Source of the DNA: Octopus bimaculoides
Lineage: Eukaryota
Assembly (NCBI RefSeq): GCF_001194135.2
Contig: NC_068982.1
Span: 25,425,597 to 25,489,596, forward strand
Direction of reading: 5' to 3'
Length of the DNA stretch: 64,000 bases
Shown here: one piece after another, positions 54,661 to 64,000 of the stretch
Layout of the letters: every line of letters starts with the position of its first letter
Numbering within the stretch: the stretch's first letter is position 1
Notes under the pieces: model-generated
What the model was told of the DNA's origin: nothing
Databases searched by the model: none
What the model saw: only the letters and a program-made list of their open reading frames with translations
Program-made: the position numbers and the translations under genes

Positions 54661-56299
54661 TATGAACGATTGTAACAATGTGAACAATATGTGTGTGCTT
54701 GTTTGTGCTTGAGAATATATATACCTATATGTAAACGGGGTGAACTACATCCATCTATACAAAATTAAGAGCATCTGAGCTACGTAAACCTCAGAATTCA
54801 ACACCACACCATATTTTGTGTATTGTCTTGGCTGTTTGTGACGGATAGGTGATCTCACCTATTTCTATTAGAATAGAAACTCAGCGAAAACAATGTTTTC
54901 TTCATACCATACTTTGTATGACAGACACAAACACCAATAACCAATATATTAAAAATCAGAATAGACAGAAAATAATGCTACGGATAGATGAAAGTACCAT
55001 TTGGAATGGAAGGATTCAAGGTGCATGTTGTAAATGATAAACAATTGGAAGCTTGACTTTATGCAATACAGGTATATACTAAAAGTATATGAGAAATCGT
55101 GCCAGAAAACGAGTTGAGGCAAGCTTAAAAAGAAGAAATTAATTAAGAACATTCATGTCAAGTTGGTTAATTATAGATTGATAAATGGACCGAAAACTGA
55201 CTAACACATTCTTACAAATCAATAATATATACCGATCACAACTAAAATTAAACATTAGGGCCTAATGTCTTATATGAATTATACTTAAATATAAAACAGA
55301 ATTTTTTTTTATCGAGTTATAGGAATGAGCTCTCTATTTCTCCAAATAAAATTCAAAACATTCTCAACTCGATGGATAATGTAGGAACAAGAGGTGACAG
55401 AAGAAAAAGAAAAATAATGATAATGTTTAGAATATACCATACAGAATTCGAGAGATAAAATAATTGTTTTGTACGAATTCAGGAAGATAGTTGCCTAAGA
55501 TAACTAGGAAGCTAATATCAATTCTAGAACTACAAATTACGTGTAACGAAGATCAAGCCAAAACTGCTACGATTAGTTATCAAACACGAGCAAAACAAAA
55601 CAAAAATGTGTTTACTGCATTCAGATAATCAAAAACAGCACAGCAATGACTGACTGAGATAAGAAAGAGAGAACTGAAATTAATGAAAAATGTCAAAAGT
55701 AGGCTTGCAATGGTGATACATTATGCAAACTTAAAACAATTGCTTGAGACGCTGAAAGAGTATTAGAGCACCGAATACATTGCTTTCGGTCAATCATTCT
55801 CTTTCTCTATTCTCAAAGTCAAAATACCACCGAGATCACCAATGACGCAAATCATATTGTTGTCAATAATTTTTCTGTTCATTTAGGATCGCTCCCTTTC
55901 TCTATATTTTTGCCTTTCTCTCAGCGTTTTGCCGAAATCATCTGTAGACAAGCCTAGAGTGAGATGGGCTCAATCAGGTTCAAAACTACCCAAGACACAC
56001 CGGATGTCACAATGTTAATCTCTATGACACCGTTATGGATTAAAGACACAAGATAGATTTCCACGTGAAAAATACATAAAATAATGGACAGGGGTTAAGA
56101 GGAAGATTCCGACCTGAGGGAGAAGTGTCCTCAATTTCAGTAGATCTTCAAAGATTTATTATAATCTGTACGTAGAGCAGTAGATTAGATCAAGTAAACG
56201 CTGAATGTACGGGTGCAAAACAATTAACCATATTGATATTGGCACCGTAATCTCACCCAACCAACAAAAAATGCATCTACAAACATGAAAGAGAGATGA

Positions 56300-56836
56300 G
56301 GGTTCATTTACTGGGGACTGTGTTAGGATTATCAACTAATAAGAGAGAAGGGCATTATATAAATACAACAAAGATACCCTCTGATGACAAAGCGAAAATA
56401 CTCTGGGATATGCTACACGACATAGGCACAGACATCAAGGCAAGTGATCAGATAGTGATATGGAAGACTATGACAGCTTCCTAACCTAAGCATCAGTGTA
56501 CACAAACGATAATATATCACTGAAAGAAAGGGTGAATTTAACTTAAACAGAATACCTGAAGATAGAGATATCCTGAATGTGAGGAATGAAAGCAGAAATA
56601 ATATCTATTATAAAAGCTTTTAGCGAATGATTTAAAAAAGTAACGTGCAGAAAAATAAACTTTGCAAACATCCAGTCACACAAATAAGCGTAAAATAGAA
56701 TTAGTAATATTGAGTACTGCAGTCAGCTTACGTATATTGCTGTCACAATATAAAACAAAATACAAAATCAAAACAGAACATTACACTAACCTAAATAGCA
56801 CAGTGCTCATTCTAAATAGAAGGAAGTCTACTGATC
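56300..56836 (+). mobile_element. R4/Dong-like element, decayed 3' end
   Basis: Reads KAKILWDM...TDIKA, NISLKE...YLKIEIS*M*GMKAE and KIELVILSTAVSLRILLS. It ends CTACTGATC followed by an (AAC)n/(AAT)n tail, the same 3' terminus as 34214. Confidence 0.75.
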
Positions 56837-56905
56837 AACAACAACAACAATAAGAAGAATAATACTACTAATAATAATAACAATAATAATAATAATAATA
56901 ATAAT

Positions 56906-56945
<40 letters not shown>

Positions 56946-56980
56946 GTAATAATAATATTGATGATGATAATGATAATAAT
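56837..56980. repeat. (AAC)n/(AAT)n microsatellite
   Basis: Directly visible. Confidence 0.9.
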
Positions 56981-57262
56981 AAACGCCCTCATGCAATACC
57001 AGGCAGTGGATCCCATGGTTTCTGATCTTAACTGATTCCAAGTGTTATCTTGTATATGAATTGTCTTGGTATAAAAGAAAGGCTACAGCAAATATTCTGC
57101 TCAATTCCACAGATTTGCTTGTCAGCTGTTTGATCTTAACCAGTTGAGCATGTTCCTTAGTGGCTGACGATATGTACATCTCTGCCATGTGTTGAGAGGA
57201 ATTCTTTGGGGTTTGGATAATTCACTGAAATCATGGTGTTTCGTTCAACCTCCTTGAACAAT
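56981..57262. repeat. Interspersed non-coding repeat abutting (AAT)n
   Basis: Shares about 80 bp with 21379-21465 and starts immediately after the AAT tract. Confidence 0.65.
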
Positions 57263-57329
57263 CGTACGAATCAAGACATGATAGAGTTAGCCAATATTTA
57301 CATGTCGGCATTATAAAACCAAAACTACT

Positions 57330-57590
57330 GACAAATGGAAGAAGTACTACCCTGTGATTGTAACTGAGGGAGAAAATGTAACAATTCTTTGAGATTTTCT
57401 AGTACATAGAGACTGGACCATCAAAGCTCATAAACCAGGTATTGTCGTGAAAGACCAACTCAAGAAAGTCTGCTTATTGATTGATATTAGCATACCTTGT
57501 GACAATAATATCTCGACAAAAGAGTTTGATAAGCTCAGAAAATACAAAGATTTGCTGAATGAAATCGAAAAGATGTGGCACCTCCAGATG
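57330..57590 (+). mobile_element. Restriction-like endonuclease (PD-(D/E)XK) domain fragment of an R4/Dong-like LINE
   Basis: Reads ENVTIL*DF...TIKAHKPGIVVKDQLKKVCLLIDISIPCDNNISTKEFDKLRKYKDLLNEIEKMWHL. Confidence 0.85.
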
Positions 57591-58089
57591 CTTACAGTCG
57601 ATCACGGCGAAATTCCAACCCAGAAAGCAAAGCAGGACGAAATGTTGCTAGGAATTTTGTCTGGCATTCTAACGATTCTGCCAGCATGCAGCCCTTACTT
57701 TCAAGACTTGGGGAAAGTCATTAACTTTTAGTGAAACGAGAAAATCAATAATATTGACACTGATACTTGACTGATACTTATTTTATCGACCCCAATGAGC
57801 GAAAGGCAAAGTCGGCCTCAGCAGAATTAGTACTCGAAAGATAATGACAGCAACAAATACCACGAATCATTATCTCCAACGAAGTATGTTCGTTGGAGAG
57901 TTCTATTTAATTACATCCAATCCAATGGTGAACTAATAATATATTTCTTTGACTAAGGAGGATTAAAAAACAAAGTTAAACTCTGTAAGATTTAAATTCA
58001 CATTCGAGTAAAGAACCGAAACACATAGCATAAGACATTATTTGTCTAGTGAGTGAATCGCCACTGTTACAGTAATAAAGCTAACAATT

Positions 58090-58245
58090 TTGGGGGATGG
58101 GATTTGCTGATACTATTGACACTAGTTCTTAACTGGTACCTAAATCTATCGCCACTAGAAGGATGAAAGGCAAAAATTATGACGGTAGGATTTGAAATCA
58201 GAACGTAATGAGCCGGAAGAGGAACAACCGCAAATCATTTCTTAT
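58090..58245 (-). mobile_element. Diverged SINE family A copy
   Basis: aattttgggggatggg...aaggatgaaaggcaaa...ggatttgaaatcagaacgtaa resembles 795-905. Confidence 0.55.
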
Positions 58246-60344
58246 ACACTCTATTCTACGTAGACTATTTGGGTAGTCAGGCAACGCTGGAATACTATTA
58301 GTTCCGCTGATAATTGAATACTGTTTGGCGATCATAGTTTTATGTGCAATATTCAAAATGGCTGATGGCAAATGTTTTCCATAGAATCAGAATGATTTCA
58401 CGCTCTCCCTCAGAAACCACTACACCATCCACCCAGCCTTTTGTTGTTCATTAATATTTCAGTAATTTGAACATAAAAATTATTCACCAGTTTTAATATA
58501 CACACACATACATACACACACACACATCTATTAAGTCACGCAGTTTCAGTATTTCAGCTATAGCAATCCAGAACCTTTGTATCTGATAATGGTATGTCAG
58601 TGGGCTGATAGCAAAGTGCTTAAAATTTTCCGTCATTAAATTGCTTCTTTTTTATGGACTGAAATGTTTTTTATTACCAATGCAGTGATTGCAAGAGTCT
58701 GCCTGTATATTTGAGATCATGTCTAGCATACCTTCTATAAAGAACAAGCTTGACATTGTTATTTGAGAGATCCAGTCAAAATCGGCATTTTCTCTGAAAG
58801 AGCATAGTTCTTGTGCCTATCTGACGTTTGTCACAAATGTCAGCTAAAGTCCAACTTTCTCAGCAATACCGAGATGAAATAGTTTGCGACACAGCATGCA
58901 GTAGTGATCTTTTTCAAAATGCTTCTCCCTCAATACGCCACTATCTGCACAACAAACAACTATCTTCATAAGTGGTCACGTCAACAAGGTGCGACTATAA
59001 TTCTTTCTCTTGAATACGGAGGTTTTAAAATGTTAATTGACGAAAGAGCTCTATTATTTTCAAATATGAAATACGCTTAAGATGTACAAATTGGAACGAA
59101 GTTGCAGTTAATGGAAGAAGTGAAAAACAGCATTAATAATTCAAAAGGAATAATAAAAGCAGAAAAAAAATTCAAATAATGATTTCCTCCTAAACTTGGT
59201 GAATAAAATACGAGTAAAAAATGAAATGGATGTATCGCAAGATGAGTTCAGGAAATGCGTATATGCTTTCTCAAATTGTCGCGGGGAAATGAAACTTATG
59301 AATTATAGTAAGAATTATTGAAAGAACTACGTTATTGCTTGAAGGAAAGCTGCTTTGTAATTTAATTATAAAAATATAATAAGTCGTTGTAAAATAGAAA
59401 TTTTAAAGTATAACAGGGTGCTGAAAAATACATGTGATTTGAATAAATAGATGTTACAGGAGTAATGACTTCCTGAAATTTCTAAAGGTTTTAGAGTTCG
59501 TAAACAGTTTAGGATCGTAACAAGTATATTTATGTGTATGAAGGTAGCATAGAGTGTTTAATAATGATTAATTTTAGTGCTATTTGAATGGGATACGATA
59601 ATATAATAATATTATGCCATAGAAAATAATAAAGACGTCATGATCAAATTATCAAACAGTTAATCAGGGATTAAAAGAACTAGGTAAAGGAAATAAAGCA
59701 GTTTTATGTTGAAGAAAACAAGAAATGAGAACAAAATAAACTAAAAGAAATAGTGAAATCGGTTATTAGATATAATATATAAATATGATTAAACATATGA
59801 ACTTAAATATATAAGGACATATGAAGAATGGAGATGAAATACATAAACAGTATAGTGAAGTCAAATCATAGGGGATTAAGTGAAATGCAATGAAATAATG
59901 AGGAGAGTGATTGATTAATATAAAGGACATAGAAAGGGAATCAAGACTGAGAACACAAATGAACAAAAGAAATGTGCGTACGCATTCAGAGATTTCAGAA
60001 AAGGTTTCCGCTGATTAATAATCTGAGAAATGGGAACATAGTAATTATGGTTCACCGAGTTAAAAGAGATTGATAAATTAAGCACTTCATTAATCTTCAT
60101 TGAATAAGTATGTGGACTAAGGTAATGGATTCATAGATACCAAGCAGAATGAGCAGAAGTAAGGCATAGCCAAATATACCAAAAAGGTGTAAGGCGTACA
60201 AATATAACAGAAAATGGCAAATATTAGGAGCCAGATAAGAGATGGCTTTCTTGAGTTTCAGGTGAAAGATAATCAATAATACGTTAGACATTAATATATT
60301 TCTCGAAACAATCTCTTGCTAATATGAACTTTCGACGGTGCCTT

Positions 60345-60540
60345 TACTCATTTGACAGCGGCCATGCTGGAGCACCACCTGTAGTCGAAGAAATCGACCG
60401 CAGGATTTATTCTTTGTAAGCCTAGTACTTATTCTATCGGACACTTTTTGCCGAACCGTTAAGTTACGGGGACATAAGCACACCAGCATCGGTTGTCAAG
60501 CGATGTTGGGGGGACAAACACAGACACACAAACATATACA

Positions 60541-60608
<68 letters not shown>

Positions 60609-60774
60609 TACGACGGGCTTCTTTCAGTTTCCGTCTACCAAATCCACTCACAAGGGTTTGGTCGGCCCGAGGCTAAAGTAGAAGACACCTGCCCAAGGTA
60701 CCACGAAGTGGGACTGAACCCGGAACCATGTGGTTGGTAAGCAAGCTACTTATCACACAGACACTCCTGTGCCT
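60345..60774 (-). mobile_element. tRNA-derived SINE family B, full length, with internal (CA)n(TA)n
   Basis: The minus-strand head aggcacaggagtgtctgtgtgataag...ccgggttcagtccca carries A- and B-box-like motifs. The body and tail are colinear with 45640-46005. Confidence 0.8.
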
Positions 60775-61355
60775 GATAAATATGTTTAAGATTTGAACAT
60801 AAGAAATTATAAGTAGGACTTAAGGACGTGTCGTTTAAATAATGAATATTTAGTGCATTTTTTGCTGATTTTTCTATTTTTCTATCACAAAGCAGTNNNN
60901 NNNNNNNNNNNNNNNNNNNNNNNNNNNNNNNNNNNNNNNNNNNNNNNNNNNNNNNNNNNNNNNNNNNNNNNNNNNNNNNNNNNNNNNNNNNNNNNNNNNN
61001 NNNNNNNNNNNNNNNNNNNNNNNNNNNNNNNNNNNNNNNNNNNNNNNNNNNNNNNNNNNNNNNNNNNNNNNNNNNNNNNNNNNNNNNNNNNNNNNNNNNN
61101 NNNNNNNNNNNNNNNNNNNNNNNNNNNNNNNNNNNNNNNNNNNNNNNNNNNNNNNNNNNNNNNNNNNNNNNNNNNNNNNNNNNNNNNNNNNNNNNNNNNN
61201 NNNNNNNNNNNNNNNNNNNNNNNNNNNNNNNNNNNNNNNNNNNNNNNNNNNNNNNNNNNNNNNNNNNNNNNNNNNNNNNNNNNNNNNNNNNNNNNNNNNN
61301 NNNNNNNNNNNNNNNNNNNNNNNNNNNNNNNNNNNNNNNNNNNNNNNNNNNNNNN

Positions 61356-61703
61356 GTAATATAATAAATTTAAAATTTAAAATATAAATATACGAAATAT
61401 AAATATAAATATGTATAAAAACATGAATGTAGATAAATATACGTGTGAATATAAATGCGTATAAAAATTTATGCGTAATTAAGCATGAATATTGTAAAGT
61501 CTAAAATATAAAATACAAAAACCTAAAATTTTAGGTTTTTTATATTTTATATTTTAGACTTTACAATATCCATGCTTAATTACGCATGAATTTTTATACG
61601 CATTTATATTCACACGTATATTTATCTACATTCATGTCTTTATACATATTTATATTTATATTTCGTATATTTATATTTTAAAATTTTAAATTTATTATAT
61701 TAC
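61356..61703. repeat. Long AT-rich palindrome with no spacer (arms 173 and 175 bp)
   Basis: The centre cctaaaa|ttttagg lies at 61528/61529. The arms differ by 4 transitions and 2 one-base homopolymer indels. The left arm starts at a gap edge. Confidence 0.93.
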
Positions 61704-63408
61704 CATGTCATATTGGATATATATCTTTCGAAATATTAAATATTGATTTCCTGAGTATATTATTGATAAGTTTATGAATTTATTAATAATATAAAAACAC
61801 ATATATACACATTTATTTGCTCAAAATAATTGAGCACTCAATATAAGTTCAGTTATATATTCTTTTAGAATATTACTTATAAAAGTTATATATATATATA
61901 TATTTCTGTATGTATATATACATATGTCTAAATATGTACACTTATATATGCATATATATACATGTATATACACATATACACACATAATCAAATACGTATG
62001 CACGTATGTTCATACATGCATATGGACAAACTTATATATTCATGCATATATCCCTGCATGCATATATGTGTTTATGTAAGTACATGTCAATGTTTAACAT
62101 AAAAGAATTTAAAATGACTTTGTTTTGCATTGTATGCTTCCGTAGATTTGTTGTGGTAGGTTGCCGGAACTTTTTATGTCTGTATCTATGGGTACATGTC
62201 CGTGATCTTGTGTGCCTGTGAGTAGGTGTGAATTTAGTTTGTTAAATATGTTTAAGCGTGGAGGAAACAAAAGGTCGGTAAAAATATGAATTTAAGCATA
62301 GCACGCGGGGGATCGACTCTATAAATTGTTCATCTGGGAAGCGTATCGAATTGAAAGCAACAAATAATTAACTTTAATGAGGCGTCTACGCGACATTTTT
62401 TGCAAGTGGAGAATTTAGGTGAATGGCATATCTAAATAGAAAATCCTGCGCTTATTTATTTAATAAACATACTACCAGGCTAATCATCAATATAAAATGA
62501 GCTTTCTCTCACAACAATAAAGCTGGATTATATGGCATCAGGTCATACTAGAAAAATCGGTTAATTTAATAATCATATCCTTTATTAAATTATCTCAATA
62601 ATAGGAAATGTGCAAGTGATTTAGTTTTAGTTGTAATGGTTGAGTGGGAGTTACAAGGGTAATAGTTAGAGAAAAATAACGTTAAAGCCATATACGTTAT
62701 GTAGGGCAGGCTACGGAAGTATAATTAAAGAGAAATAGAAATAAATGTACATTTTTCATGTTAGGTAGCAAGATCATAAATTTATGACATTAAGAAGAAA
62801 TGCTGTAAGGTATAATGTATTGGAAATCCATTAAATAGACCGATACATATCGTGTGTGTCCGTGTGTATACATACAAATCATGGTCCAAACCCTTGGATG
62901 AAACTACTAAATGAGAAAAAAAACAACATACAAACATGCATATACAGACAGACAGACAGATAGATAGATTTATGACTTTATGCGAAATTGAAACACCGGT
63001 TTGGGATTTATGAAGCGTCTTACTACGTGATATTCTCGAAACTTATCAGATTTTTCGCTCGGTGAAGAGTAAAATTTAACAAGCAGATATATATATATAA
63101 GATTTAAAATATTGGTATAAATTGTTAAACGCACCAAAGAATCTTTATTTTCCCTCTGACAGCCACCAAAATTCTTTCTAAATATATCTAATATTTGATA
63201 AGATGTATATATTGAAACCTTTTATATTTTATTAACCATTCTCTAAAATATGCACCTGTGCCCTTCGCAACTTTATTTACATTTTTGAATTATATTTTTT
63301 TATTTGGATGAGCTCCTAACCACATAAAAGTATTTTGAAATACATATATTATATATAACATATACAGATATACGTATGTATGTTTGTATGTATGTATGTA
63401 TGTATGTA

Positions 63409-63460
<52 letters not shown>

Positions 63461-63544
63461 CATGTATGTATGTATGTAAGTACGTATGTATATATGTATA
63501 TAACGAATGAAGGAAACGGAAAATGGTGTGATATATTGCCCGTG

Positions 63545-63700
63545 GCTACGTCCTAAGTTCAAATTCCAGCCAGGTCGACTTTACCTTTCATCCTTTCAGG
63601 GTCGATGAAATAAGTACTAGTTGAACAATGGAGTCGATGTAATCGTCTCATCCCCTCCCCCCAAATTGCTGCCTTTGTGGCAAAATTTGAAACCATTATT
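63545..63700 (+). mobile_element. tRNA-derived SINE family A
   Basis: aagttcaaattccagccaggtcgactttacctttcatcctttcagggtcgat...ttgtggcaaaatttgaaaccattatt, with a B-box-like motif and a short ATT tail. Confidence 0.75.
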
Positions 63701-64000
63701 AACAATTTTACAAAATCATAATAATAGGATATTATGTCTGTTGTGTTAAAACTAGCATTTTCATGCGTTACGCAATCACCAGGTTTGTGCAGAAGTAGTA
63801 ATAATTGTATTCCAAGATGAAAAACTGTTGGGAAGTGATTAAATTTTCCCTTTAAATCCTTCCGATGGGCTCCAGCAGGCTGAATCATACAAATAGTATT
63901 TTGGCCAATCAGTATCTGGCTTAGATGTTACGGTTTTGTGAGCGTGGCAACTAATTTTAAACTCTATATATGTATACACACACACACACACACACACACA

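Noticed and set aside
56992-57003. 12-nt match (reverse complement CCTGGTATTGCA) to U2 snRNA stem-loop IV, suggesting a U2-targeting element
   Set aside because: The match is too short, and no other U2 sequence flanks it.

Overview
AT-rich, gap-containing, microsatellite-dense animal genomic DNA. It is probably an octopod cephalopod draft assembly; this is inferred from SINE-like families I recognise from memory and was not checked against any database. I found no supportable host protein-coding exon, RNA gene or CRISPR array, and most listed ORFs are artefacts of microsatellites or N-runs. The window is a mosaic of decayed mobile elements. These include two Penelope-like (GIY-YIG) copies arranged tail-to-tail, each ending in a decayed minimal hammerhead-ribozyme motif, and at least five fragments of RLE-type (R4/Dong-like) non-LTR retrotransposons, two of them ending in (AAT)n. 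There is also a Tx1/L1-like element (CCHC ORF1 plus APE fragment), an LTR followed by a decayed tRNA-Trp primer-binding site, two mariner remnants, an IR/DR Tc1, a maT-like deletion derivative, a pogo/Tigger remnant, a MITE and many tRNA-derived SINE copies. The structures least explained by known families are two long near-perfect palindromes (331 and 348 bp), each starting exactly at an assembly-gap edge, and a non-coding repeat abutting an (AAT)n tract.
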